64,000 nucleotides of DNA from assembly GCA_038887515.1 (NCBI GenBank), contig JAWAKK010000002.1:32001-96000 (forward strand). Reading direction: 5' to 3'. A program made the position numbers and the translations under genes. The notes beneath the pieces are model-generated. The model saw only the letters and a list, made by a program, of their open reading frames with translations, was not told the origin of the DNA and did no database searches. Numbering within the stretch: the first letter of the stretch is position 1; each line of letters begins with the position of its first letter. Of the stretch, positions 30,667 to 40,015 are shown piece after piece. Source of the DNA: Candidatus Nezhaarchaeales archaeon. GTDB taxonomy: Archaea; Thermoproteota; Methanomethylicia; Nezhaarchaeales; WYZ-LMO8.

Positions 30667-31179
30667 CTACTTCGTTATCGGGGGCCTGTCGAAGTATATA
30701 CTTTTCGATGTTGCGCTTAGGGGGATCGCTACAACGACGTCGGCATCTATTAGTTTTAGTGCTTGAGCCGCTAGACCGGCACTATACATTACTCTATTGT
30801 CTACGTTATGGTTCGAAGCGGTCTTGGCTGCTGAGCCCACAGCTATGCCTAAGTTTATTGAGCTGAGAACTAAGTTTAGATCGTACGGGTATCCAGGAGG
30901 GGTCTTGACCCCTACGTCCTTTACCTTACAGCCTATTAGGACGACAGCGCTCGATCTCCTCACGTTATCGGCATCCCTCTTAAAGAAGTCTCCCGCGTGT
31001 ACAGCCAGTTCTTCCATCGCCTTTGCGAGCTTCTCTATATCCTCCCTATCCTTAACTATTCCAACTACTACGTTATCGATACCTTTAGCTTTAGGAGCGG
31101 TTATTGCGCTTAAAGCCATGAGCCTAGCAACGTCAATTATCGATTCCTTAACTATATCCTCCCTACCCTCTACAACCAA
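30667..31179 (-). CDS. DUF2148 / COG4739-like protein
   Basis: AITAPKAKGID, LGIAVGSAAK...VDNRVMYSAG, KSIYFDR. Confidence 0.8.
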   Translation of the reverse strand: MVVEGREDIVKESIIDVARLMALSAITAPKAKGIDNVVVGIVKDREDIEKLAKAMEELAVHAGDFFKRDADNVRRSSAVVLIGCKVKDVGVKTPPGYPYDLNLVLSSINLGIAVGSAAKTASNHNVDNRVMYSAGLAAQALKLIDADVVVAIPLSATSKSIYFDRPPITK

Positions 31180-31340
31180 GATCTTGCACCCGAGGAGATA
31201 ATGTTACGTGTGGGGTAAAAGCCTTTTGCCAAGTCTCAGGCTCGTGCGGAGGGGTTAGAAAGCAATTTTATTCTGTACCAACAGCTACATCCTTGCACAC
31301 CAAAATCTAATCGCTACTAGAAGGTCAGTAGCTACATTGG

Positions 31341-32300
31341 TTAAGCCCATGAAGGCCTGATCTCGATCTTCATAAACGCTATGTAACTAATTATCAAACA
31401 TATGTCTAGCCCTGAAATGAGGGCTGACATATGCGGCCAAGCGAGCATGAGGCTTTCGTCTAGTGGAAGGAGCTTGGGGGTTGGTATGTCTCGGGGGGTC
31501 ACGTATATTAGCTCCATGCTCTTTATCTCGGGGTTAAGCAGCACGCTCACGGCTTCCAAGTATAGTGTCGCTGGGCTTATTCTCGATATCGCTAACCTGA
31601 CTTCTTCATGGGCAAGTATTGTCGACAACGGTGGGGTCGTATAAGTGTAGGTCCCTAGTGGAACTAAGATCTCGGCTACGATGTTAGCTATCATATATAT
31701 GAAGAAGTTGAAGAAAACCCAGAGGGCTAAGCAAGCCAGCGCGGAAGTCGTCGTCCTCCGGAAGACGATCGAGAATAGGAGGCTTATGCTCATCCACAAC
31801 CCTACATAGACTGTTGATAGCAAGATGAAGTAAAGTATCCTCATAACGCCCTCGATGCCTGGACCGAAGCCGACAAGGATCATGTTAAAACCTGTAACTA
31901 TTCCGACCACGCTCGAAATTATCACTAACACAACGAGTAGCCCCGCACTTATCTTCCCGTTTATTATGGAGTCTCGGTGAAGGGGGTTTGAGAGCAATCT
32001 GAGTATGGAACCGCTCGCTATCTCCCTGTTAATAGCGTCAAAGGCTAGAGCCATTCCGATTATTGGACCAAAAACGCTCATAAAGTAAATGAAGGGGGGC
32101 ATCGGAGATGGAGCGCCGGTAAAGAGCCTTAAGAAGGCTGTTGTCTGATCCATTTCTCGTAGAGGTTGGGCTGCTATAGATTGAGCCCCCATGTATGAGG
32201 TCGACAGGCCGGTTACAAGTATTAAAGCAAAAACCAAGAGAAACCTCCTACTACTTAAATGGTCTGCAACTTCCTTCCTAATTATTGGGATTACTCCCAA
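31341..32300 (-). CDS. ABC-2 (NosY-like) permease
   Basis: FDAINREIASGSILRLLSNPLHRDSIINGK. Confidence 0.88.
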   Translation of the reverse strand: MGVIPIIRKEVADHLSSRRFLLVFALILVTGLSTSYMGAQSIAAQPLREMDQTTAFLRLFTGAPSPMPPFIYFMSVFGPIIGMALAFDAINREIASGSILRLLSNPLHRDSIINGKISAGLLVVLVIISSVVGIVTGFNMILVGFGPGIEGVMRILYFILLSTVYVGLWMSISLLFSIVFRRTTTSALACLALWVFFNFFIYMIANIVAEILVPLGTYTYTTPPLSTILAHEEVRLAISRISPATLYLEAVSVLLNPEIKSMELIYVTPRDIPTPKLLPLDESLMLAWPHMSALISGLDICLIISYIAFMKIEIRPSWA

Positions 32301-32303
32301 GCC

Positions 32304-33221
32304 CTATCCCCCAAAGTACTTTATGTATAGTTCGTCTAAACTCGGCATCCTAAGCTTAAGCTCTAATACGAGACTACCTTTATCGAGCGCTAACCGAGCG
32401 ATCTCCTTCCTTAAGTCTCTTTCAGCTCTTATAACCAGCTTGTTCCCCATCCTAATTACTTCCTTAACCCCTCCGAGGTCCCTTATGGATTGTATGAGAT
32501 CGTCATTTACGGCGTCAAACTCGGCCTCTGTGATCTTTTCTCCTTTAGCTAGATCCTCGATACTACCTATGGCTACAAGCTCGCCCTTACTCATTATAGC
32601 AACCCTATCACATATCTTCTGGACTTGATAAAGCTGGTGAGAGGACATAAGCACCGTAACCTTTTCTTCTCTTGACAGCCTCCTAACTAACGAGAGTATC
32701 TGCTCAGCTCCTTCAGGGTCTATGCCAGCCGTCGGTTCATCGAGTATTAGAACCTTCGGTCTCTTTATTAGGGCGTCGGCTATCGCTAAACGCTGCTTCA
32801 TCCCTCTAGAGAACTTACCGACTTTTTCATCAGCCCACCCCTTCAATCCTACCTTCTCGAGAAGCTCGTCGATTCTTTCCCTCCTTTCTCTCCCAGCTAC
32901 TCTGTTGAGCTCAGCTGTGAAACTTAAGTTCTCTCTTGCAGTCAGATCGTCGTAGAGCCCTATGTTTTCCGGCACAAAGCCTACTCTCCTCCTAACCTCT
33001 ATCGTATCCCTAGCCACGTTGTAGCCGTCTATCCATGCCTCACCTCTAGTCGGCGGAATAAGGCCTAGGAGCATGAGAATCGTAGTGGTCTTCCCAGCGC
33101 CGTTAGGGCCTAAGAGACCGAATACCTCTCCAGTGTAGACCTTCATGTTTAAGTTCTTAACAGCTGTAAAACCGTCATACTCCTTAGTCAAGTCTATGGT
33201 CTCTATTACCGCCTTCTTCAT
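32304..33221 (-). CDS. ABC ATPase
   Basis: GPNGAGKTT, FSRGMKQRL, DEPTAGID, SSH. Confidence 0.92.
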   Translation of the reverse strand: MKKAVIETIDLTKEYDGFTAVKNLNMKVYTGEVFGLLGPNGAGKTTTILMLLGLIPPTRGEAWIDGYNVARDTIEVRRRVGFVPENIGLYDDLTARENLSFTAELNRVAGRERRERIDELLEKVGLKGWADEKVGKFSRGMKQRLAIADALIKRPKVLILDEPTAGIDPEGAEQILSLVRRLSREEKVTVLMSSHQLYQVQKICDRVAIMSKGELVAIGSIEDLAKGEKITEAEFDAVNDDLIQSIRDLGGVKEVIRMGNKLVIRAERDLRKEIARLALDKGSLVLELKLRMPSLDELYIKYFGG

Positions 33222-34486
33222 GGCCTACCGTATCTCCTGAAGACAACTACTAACCCTAAGACCGAGGCAACAACCACCACTAACCCTACGATTCCCCAGT
33301 ACGTGGGTTTAATCACCGTTAGCCTTAGTGTTATCTCTGTTGAAGTCTCCATGGTGTAAGCTCGTACTACTAGTGAGTAGTCGCCAGCTAGCGCCCCCGA
33401 TGGAGGGGTCACTAACAAGGAAACTAGCGTGCTTGACCCTTGAGGTAGTATGTTTATTCTATCAGTCGATAGGGACGTCCTCCAGCCTGAAGGAGCGTAG
33501 CAAGCAAACCACATGTTGAGTAGGTTCGTGTTCCCTGCGTTTTCTACGACTAAAACTATTTCTTTAGTCTCTCCAGCGGTTAACTCGTAGCTCAGCAATT
33601 CATCGTAAGTTTTAAGGTTTATCTTTGGAGTACCTGAGACAAGGGCCTCTACGTCTATGCTTATCTCGACCCCTCCTTCTGCTACAATTATCTTTATCGG
33701 GTAAGTGCCGGGAGGAGTCTTTTCGGGGCACCAAACCTGGAGGACCGCACCACTGTAATCGCGTGCCTTAACTGTCAGAGTTGAAATAACAGTTGCTTCG
33801 TAAGCTGACGGCCTAAAGCCGAGCACCTGCCATCCTTCAGGTACTTGCGCTGAGAGGGCAAACGTCAAGTCTTTATACCCATTATTCTTTACGGTAAACC
33901 GAAAACTGAAGACCGAACCTGGAGATCCAGTAACCGACCTCGATGCTGCTTCAAGCAAGACTATCTCAGCAGACTTTCGTAAGTTTATGCTTAACGATAT
34001 GAGGTTTGACTTAGCCTTTCCGCTCATAGCATAAATGTAAAACATGTAGCTTCCTGGCTCTACTTCCTCGCCAGGTTCAAGGCTTAAAGTAAGTTCTACG
34101 GACTCTTTGGGTTTGAGGAGCAGTTGGGTAATGTTGTAGCCCTGATAGTTCTTGAGAACTAAGTTATAGCTCCACTTCTCAGGACATGTTATATTGAGCG
34201 CTACCACTTGATATTCTTCAAGTAGGTTCTCTATAGTTAAAGGTATACTTACCCCTCTTTCTTCAGTCACTATGCTTACGAAGGGGGTATAGATCCTTAA
34301 CCCATTCTCTTCAGTGGCTGAAGCCAAAGAGAGGCTTGAGAAAAGGGAGGCTGCGAGGGAGATAGCAATTACTAGGATTGTTAGGGACCTAATCCTAGAA
34401 CTACTACCCATTTTTTCGCGAAAATAGGTAGAAGAATTATTGTAGGGCGTAGGGCTAGCTTTCGCTACCTCCATCATTATCATCAA
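33218..34486 (-). CDS. NEW3/COG1470 Ig-like repeat surface protein with C-terminal TM
   Basis: Repeated beta-sandwich units (KNNG, ENAGN, PSGW), C-terminal VFRRYGRP. Confidence 0.8.
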   Translation of the reverse strand: MMIMMEVAKASPTPYNNSSTYFREKMGSSSRIRSLTILVIAISLAASLFSSLSLASATEENGLRIYTPFVSIVTEERGVSIPLTIENLLEEYQVVALNITCPEKWSYNLVLKNYQGYNITQLLLKPKESVELTLSLEPGEEVEPGSYMFYIYAMSGKAKSNLISLSINLRKSAEIVLLEAASRSVTGSPGSVFSFRFTVKNNGYKDLTFALSAQVPEGWQVLGFRPSAYEATVISTLTVKARDYSGAVLQVWCPEKTPPGTYPIKIIVAEGGVEISIDVEALVSGTPKINLKTYDELLSYELTAGETKEIVLVVENAGNTNLLNMWFACYAPSGWRTSLSTDRINILPQGSSTLVSLLVTPPSGALAGDYSLVVRAYTMETSTEITLRLTVIKPTYWGIVGLVVVVASVLGLVVVFRRYGRP

Positions 34487-34573
34487 GGATTGATAATGAT
34501 GGAAGCTAATTAATAAGCGTTACTCTCAAATATAGAGAGCGAAGCTGTCGAACGAGGCTTAAGCCTACGAGTT

Positions 34574-34756
34574 TTATCGAACTAAGACTTCTACTTCTTC
34601 CGTATAATCGTAGCTATCGCTTTGTATAGGAAGATGAGGGCTAATATTATTGCTATGCTCGATACCAATGCATCCAACATATACTACACCTTTAATCGGA
34701 CAAAGAAAGTCCTCCTTAGTGCGCACCAATATATAAAGTTTTACTTTTAAGGCCAT
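34574..34756 (-). CDS. Small hypothetical protein (possibly degenerate)
   Basis: Strong GGAGGAGG SD 6 nt before ATG; no recognisable family. Confidence 0.4.
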   Translation of the reverse strand: MALKVKLYILVRTKEDFLCPIKGVVYVGCIGIEHSNNISPHLPIQSDSYDYTEEVEVLVR

Positions 34757-34844
34757 GTAAAACCTCCTCCCTCATGAAGTGCTTCAGTAACAGCCGTAAC
34801 CTAGATTCGGTACGCATCTCTTTCACGCAGTGGAGGTCCTGTGG

Positions 34845-34892
34845 GCTCTGCAGGAATTAAGGTTATAAGCTCTGCAGGAATTAAGGTTATAA
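34845..34892. repeat. Perfect 24-bp tandem duplication containing a TATA-like box
   Basis: GCTCTGCAGGAATTAAGGTTATAA x2 (34845-34868, 34869-34892). Confidence 0.95.
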
Positions 34893-34905
34893 GATGTAGC
34901 TTTAG

Positions 34906-35646
34906 GTGTTGAAGTGGGGGTATCAGTTGATTTATGGATCAACATTATCCTTCCAAGTTATTCATGCATTAAAGGAGAGGGGTATCGTAGTTGAAATAGA
35001 GAAGGTTAATGGACTCTTCTTGTATAGAAGGAAGGGAGGATTTCCCGAAGACTATGTTGAAAAGGTAACTAACGTCTCTAGGGAGGAAGGTTTCGTAATA
35101 CATCCAGTTCATTCAATACAACCAGAAGTCTCGACAAGTCTCCTACTTAGGCTATCTAAACCTTTGATGGTTGCGCCAGGCTCTACTGTTACGATTTACG
35201 TCAAGGCACCTATAAACGTAGGTGTCTACGTTGTTGAAAAAGATGCACATAGATTAATAGACTCCTTCAATCCTACTCCATACAAGTACGCACTCTACGG
35301 ACCCACTTCCAACGGCATAATATGCAGGTTCTATAGAACAGACATTTTCTCGAAACCCCCTTACACGGAGTTTTGGGAAGCTGTTGCGAAAATAACGATT
35401 GAAAATGAAGCTGAGAACTTCGCCGAAGTAAAGAACGTAGTATATCCTCTCTTGAATGCAGACGTCTACGTAGACAATGATGGAATGGCCTACGTAGAGG
35501 CCGCTCGCCTACAGATTTTTCGAGACAATGCAGGAGTTGTGTATCTAGAAAACGAGCCTCCTTTAGCTGGCCTGATAAAGTGTCCCGAGCAGTTCGGCGG
35601 GCTACAAGAGAGAGTCGCTAAGTTTATAATGGAATTCGGGCTTTAA
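34906..35646 (+). CDS. DUF432 protein
   Basis: PVH...P, KYALYGP...GIICRFY; adjacent to mscS. Confidence 0.8.
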   Translation: MLKWGYQLIYGSTLSFQVIHALKERGIVVEIEKVNGLFLYRRKGGFPEDYVEKVTNVSREEGFVIHPVHSIQPEVSTSLLLRLSKPLMVAPGSTVTIYVKAPINVGVYVVEKDAHRLIDSFNPTPYKYALYGPTSNGIICRFYRTDIFSKPPYTEFWEAVAKITIENEAENFAEVKNVVYPLLNADVYVDNDGMAYVEAARLQIFRDNAGVVYLENEPPLAGLIKCPEQFGGLQERVAKFIMEFGL

Positions 35647-35655
35647 TGTGGTTTA

Positions 35656-36495
35656 ATGGACGTCTTAGAGTGGCTTAAGTCCCATTGGTACCACATCATT
35701 TACGTAATTGTGGCCATAGTAGCTGCCTTTTTCATAAGTATAGTTCTTGAGAGGATCATTAGGAGAGCGCTTACACAGAAGGTCTCCAAGAGCGTTATAG
35801 ACAATATACTAAAGCTACTGAGGTGCGTTATCCTGGTAATCGCCATTTTCGCGGCACTGGCTTCCGTAGGCGTAGACGTGACAGGAGCCTTGGTTGCAGG
35901 AGGATTTCTAGGAATCGTTATAGGTTTTGCAGCCCAGGCTTCTATATCAAACTTCATATCAGGAGTCCTACTGTTGCTCGAAAGGCCGTTCAGAATTGGA
36001 GACTTCATACATATAGGGGATGTTATTGGAGCGGTAGTAGAGGTAGGCATTTTATCGACGACAATAGTGACTTGGGATGGAGTTAAAGTACGCATACCTA
36101 GCTCTCAGATCTTTAATAGTAATTTTAGGAACTATAGTGCATCAAGAGCAAGGCTCGTAAGCACTACTGTTCAAATCCCATATTCGACAAGCATAGAGAA
36201 AGCAGTAGATGCTATAACAGCCAAGTTGAGGAGTCAATGGTACGTCCTGGAAGAGCCCAAACCTGTAGTCTTCGCAAAGAGTTTTGCAGATAGCGGAGTT
36301 GTACTTGAAGTTAGGGCCTGGACACCAGGATCGACTTGGTTTATACTTAATAGCAATTTAGCCAAGTTAGTGAAGGAGGCCCTCGACGAGGCTGGAATCG
36401 AAATACCTTTCCCGCAAAGAGTATTGTGGTTCGCTTCTTCGCTTAAGGTCGGAGAAGAGGGTGATGAGCGTTACGTCGGCTTGAAGCGCCAATGA
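35656..36495 (+). CDS. mscS: Small-conductance mechanosensitive channel
   Basis: GIVIGFAAQ...SNFISG...ERPFRIGD, GIEIPFPQR. Confidence 0.93.
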   Translation: MDVLEWLKSHWYHIIYVIVAIVAAFFISIVLERIIRRALTQKVSKSVIDNILKLLRCVILVIAIFAALASVGVDVTGALVAGGFLGIVIGFAAQASISNFISGVLLLLERPFRIGDFIHIGDVIGAVVEVGILSTTIVTWDGVKVRIPSSQIFNSNFRNYSASRARLVSTTVQIPYSTSIEKAVDAITAKLRSQWYVLEEPKPVVFAKSFADSGVVLEVRAWTPGSTWFILNSNLAKLVKEALDEAGIEIPFPQRVLWFASSLKVGEEGDERYVGLKRQ

Positions 36496-36620
36496 TGCTT
36501 AGCGCAGTGATCTATGTACTCTTCATAGTCGTCGAATAATAGTTCGCACGTTCTACAGTAGGGCTTAAACCATAGTTTCGGGTTTCTCTCCAATTCTTCA
36601 ACTCCAACTTTTCGCGCCAA
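36471..36620 (-). CDS. 49-aa classical C2H2 zinc-finger microprotein
   Basis: GGTG SD then TTG: MARKVGVEELERNPKLWFKPYCRTCELLFDDYEEYIDHCAKHHWRFKPT*. Confidence 0.75.
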   Translation of the reverse strand: MARKVGVEELERNPKLWFKPYCRTCELLFDDYEEYIDHCAKHHWRFKPT

Positions 36621-36742
36621 CGAAAACACCTTTAATGAATTATGCGTCAATTCCTACTCTTCAACTCAACGTAAATTAGTTGTTTCAGCGATAATTGAAG
36701 GTTACTGAATGGCGGTTAATTAGCTATCTCGTTCATCGCATA

Positions 36743-37810
36743 CTAGTAATCTTCAACGTTGGCCCACAACTTGGTTATTTCATCTTTAACGTAGCTCGAT
36801 ACTTCCTCGACCCTACCATCGACCCTGTGTAATAGTACTTTAGGTTCTTCTCCTTCAACTACCTTACCTATTACAGAGGGCCTTACCCCCATCCTATTAA
36901 GGAAGTCGAGGGCCGTATCTAACGACTCAGGCTTTATCGTCGCTATTAGGGTCCCACTACTTATGAGTTTAAGGGGGTCGATGCCCAACACTTCACAAAT
37001 GGTCTTAGTAGGTGTCCTTATTGGTATTCTGTCTTCGTAAACCTCTATTACACATCTTGAAGCCAAGGCTACCTCAAGAAGGCCGTTGAGCAGCCCTCCC
37101 TCCGTAGGATCGTGCATTGACGATGGGACCTTAATCTTCGCTAACGCTAAGGCTTCCTTCACCACGCTTATATCCTTGAAGTAACTTACAGCTTCGTCAA
37201 GCATACTTTGTTGAACACCTAAACTTAGGAGCTCCTCCACGAAGTCGCTGGCTATTATTGCCGTCCCCTCTAGCCCTACTGCCTTAGTCATTATAACGTA
37301 GTCTCCAGGCCTTGCTCCCTCGGTTAACGTAAGTTCATCTATTGACCCTACACCTAAAGAGGTCACGACAACTATTGGTCTCTTAACTCCTGGTGCTACT
37401 TCTGTGTGACCGCCAATAATCGTGCCGCCGACCTCTCTAAGCGCGGAATCCATTTGCTTGGTTATCATGTCTAGGGCTTCAACAGTGCTCGTCGATGGAA
37501 GGAGGATTACCGATAGAAACCACGTAGGCTTCACGCCTCTAACAGCTATATCGTTACTAGCTATATGTATGCTCAACCAACCTATTCTCTCCACAGCCTC
37601 CGTTATGGGATCTATGTGTATGGCTAGGACCTTGCCTCCCCCGATGTCTATTATCGCTGCATCCTCACCTATGCGAGGGCCTACGAGTACCTTACCGTCA
37701 GCAACCCCTATTCTCGAGAAAACTAAGCTTTCCAGTATGTCGGGAGGTATTTTCCCAAGTTGAAGCTTCATTTCAAGACGCACCAGGCCTCTAACCGTGA
37801 TTGACATCAA
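36743..37810 (-). CDS. AIR synthase/HypE-related PurM-superfamily protein (true start probably ATG 37771)
   Basis: GKIPP, GEDAAI, DPIT, NDIA, GGHTE, MHDPTEGG, DPLKLISSG. Confidence 0.88.
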   Translation of the reverse strand: MMSITVRGLVRLEMKLQLGKIPPDILESLVFSRIGVADGKVLVGPRIGEDAAIIDIGGGKVLAIHIDPITEAVERIGWLSIHIASNDIAVRGVKPTWFLSVILLPSTSTVEALDMITKQMDSALREVGGTIIGGHTEVAPGVKRPIVVVTSLGVGSIDELTLTEGARPGDYVIMTKAVGLEGTAIIASDFVEELLSLGVQQSMLDEAVSYFKDISVVKEALALAKIKVPSSMHDPTEGGLLNGLLEVALASRCVIEVYEDRIPIRTPTKTICEVLGIDPLKLISSGTLIATIKPESLDTALDFLNRMGVRPSVIGKVVEGEEPKVLLHRVDGRVEEVSSYVKDEITKLWANVEDY

Positions 37811-37811
37811 G

Positions 37812-37866
37812 GTTCAGTGAGATCGGTGCTCATCATCTCTTAAATCAGGGGAGCTCTTCATCACTT
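37812..37866 (-). ncRNA. Box C/D sRNA
   Basis: Minus strand: C GTGATGA - AGAGCTCCC - D' CTGA - C' ATGATGA - GCACCGATCTCA - D CTGA; all four boxes consensus. Confidence 0.85.
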
Positions 37867-37913
37867 AAGCCTTTACGTAATCTATGAAGCCGCTCTTAGG
37901 TTTTATCCCTTTC

Positions 37914-37934
37914 GTTCAAATCCCGACGGAGGCG
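37914..37934 (+). other. tRNA 3'-end fragment (T-loop to discriminator); possible att scar
   Basis: GTTCAAATCCCGACGGAGGCG; no 5' T-stem or remaining tRNA upstream. Confidence 0.45.
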
Positions 37935-38078
37935 GTACAGGACCTTAAAGCAATGCGAGTGCAGGACCATCAAGTTCTCAACGAAGACTTAGAGGGGTGA
38001 AGAGGTTTCTAAGACCTCTGAAAATAAGAGGAAGGTCGAGTGCAAGATTTAAGGGAGTGGAGCTCGGTGAGATAAGCC

Positions 38079-38363
38079 GTGCCGAGGATAAGCAATGTCC
38101 TTTATTCTTATTGTGGGATTGTGTGTAGTTTTTGTAAGGCCTTTGTAAACGGCGATTGTGGTGGCTGTGATCGCCATACCGAAGCCTGCGAGTACGCTAA
38201 ATGTTGCTTAAATAGAAGTGTTAAGTGTTGCTTTGAGTGTAGCGAGTTTCCGTGTAGGCTTCACGTCGAAGGGTTTGCGTGGAGCACAGAAGAGCTTGGA
38301 ACTTTAAATTGGAAGGTGTACAGTAGAGGATTCTTAAACATGTTTCGTCCCAAAAAGAGGTGA
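38079..38363 (+). CDS. Cys-rich DUF3795-like protein
   Basis: YCGIVCSFC...CGGC...C...CC...CCFECSEFPC. Confidence 0.8.
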   Translation: MPRISNVLYSYCGIVCSFCKAFVNGDCGGCDRHTEACEYAKCCLNRSVKCCFECSEFPCRLHVEGFAWSTEELGTLNWKVYSRGFLNMFRPKKR

Positions 38364-38397
38364 CGGTCAAATACTTAAGCCTACTAGGTATAAACCA

Positions 38398-38703
38398 CTA
38401 CTTGCCCTTATCTAGCACTATTATCTTGCCGTTGCTCCCAACGTTTAGTTCTAGCTCGCCTCTAAACTCTTTCGCGAAAGCGTTTTCTACCCTCACCTTG
38501 TAGCCTACGTTCACCATGTCTATTTGATCCCTCCACAAGTTCAGCTTTATTTGACCAGTACCATCATCTATTATTGCGTACGTCAGTTGTGCAGGGCCGT
38601 AGCGTGTTTGGACCGTTTTAGGCTTACCCTTTTCCACTACTATTCCCTCGACTACTAGTTCCCTCATTCCACCCTTTATTTCAGAGGTCTGCACTCTTTT
38701 CAT
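38398..38703 (-). CDS. ssb: Single OB-fold ssDNA-binding protein
   Basis: DDGTGQIKLNLW...VENAFAKEFRGELELNVG. Confidence 0.88.
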   Translation of the reverse strand: MKRVQTSEIKGGMRELVVEGIVVEKGKPKTVQTRYGPAQLTYAIIDDGTGQIKLNLWRDQIDMVNVGYKVRVENAFAKEFRGELELNVGSNGKIIVLDKGK

Positions 38704-38851
38704 TACATAACCTCCTTCCCTTTAAGGAAAGATTTCCGTGAGGAACTATAAAAACAATTGGTTCTGCCAGTTCCTGTCCATGAGCTTAAGGAGGACCAGG
38801 CGATAGCATCCTTAATTATCGTTATACGTAAGAATAGATTTTGGTAGAACC

Positions 38852-39835
38852 ATGGACGAAGAGTTCGTACTAGGAATAGACGTAGGCGCTACTAGGACTA
38901 GGATATGTCTTGGAACCGTAGACGGAATGATACATGTAAAGTATGTATATAGGACAGTTGAGATAGCACCGGACTTATCCAAGTTCATAATTAACGAAAT
39001 CAAAAAGCTATTCTCAGAGTATATTAGAAAGGTTATAGGAATAGGAATTGCCTCTATCGGGCCCCTTGACCTAAAGAGAGGAGTCATACTCTCTCCTCCG
39101 AACGCGCCTTTTAGGAACGTTGAAATAGTTTCTAAGGTAAGGAAGGCCTACGGGTTAGACGCCTTCTTGATCAACGACGCAGTAGCCGCTGCTTGGGCTG
39201 AAAAAGTTTATGGTTTAGGAAGGAGTGCCGAGAACTTGGTCTACATTACTTTAAGTACAGGAATAGGTGCAGGAGTGATAGTTGATGATAATCTATTGAT
39301 AGGTAAGGACGGCAATGCCCACGAAGTTGGGCATATAGTCATTGACAGCTTTGGACTCATGAAGTGTGGGTGTGGAGGTTATGGCCACTGGGAGGCCTAC
39401 TGCTCGGGTGCAAACGCTCCGAGATTCGTTGCAAAACTGGTTTACGAGAAATATAAGGATGAGGCTGGACGTAGCGCGCTATATGGTGACGTCCTCGAAG
39501 GTAAACTGAATACTGAAAAACTTTTCGAGTATGCTAAGCGTGGTGATGGTCTAGCTCTTAAAATTGTTAAAGAGGAGATAGGTAAGCTTAATGCTGCAGG
39601 TATAGCATCCGTAATTAATTGTTACGACCCCGAGATTGTCTTCCTGGGAGGTGCTATAGCTTTAAACAACGAAGATTTGGTCTTGAAGCCCATATTAAGG
39701 TACATAGATATGTACGCTACTAATAGAAAGCCGACAATAAGTTTAACGTGCTTTGGAGAGGACGTCGTATTGAAGGGTGCCATAGCTGTTGTTGTTAAAA
39801 CGCCACGAACCTTGAAAGAATACTACGAACCTTAG
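38852..39835 (+). CDS. ROK-family sugar kinase (glucokinase-like)
   Basis: GIDVGAT, INDA, STGIGAG, EVGH...CGCGGYGHWE. Confidence 0.92.
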   Translation: MDEEFVLGIDVGATRTRICLGTVDGMIHVKYVYRTVEIAPDLSKFIINEIKKLFSEYIRKVIGIGIASIGPLDLKRGVILSPPNAPFRNVEIVSKVRKAYGLDAFLINDAVAAAWAEKVYGLGRSAENLVYITLSTGIGAGVIVDDNLLIGKDGNAHEVGHIVIDSFGLMKCGCGGYGHWEAYCSGANAPRFVAKLVYEKYKDEAGRSALYGDVLEGKLNTEKLFEYAKRGDGLALKIVKEEIGKLNAAGIASVINCYDPEIVFLGGAIALNNEDLVLKPILRYIDMYATNRKPTISLTCFGEDVVLKGAIAVVVKTPRTLKEYYEP

Positions 39836-40015
39836 ATCTTTAATTGAAAGTCGAGCGTTCTAAATAACGGTCAGCTATCATTGCTTTGGGTTTCACTTAT
39901 ACGTTTTCCAAGATCGATGAGATCGTTGATCACTCACCTTTATGTTATGGTCGTGAAACCAACTATATTAGAAATCCGCATAGAGCTTTTATTCCTTCTT
40001 AACTAAAGGAAAACC

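Noticed and set aside
36680-36742. Minus-strand GCGATGA...CTGA, possible C/D RNA
   Set aside because: No credible internal D'/C' boxes or terminal stem
37950-38022. GTGAAGA-14 nt-CTGA half C/D motif
   Set aside because: No clear upstream C and D' boxes; the putative guide is self-complementary
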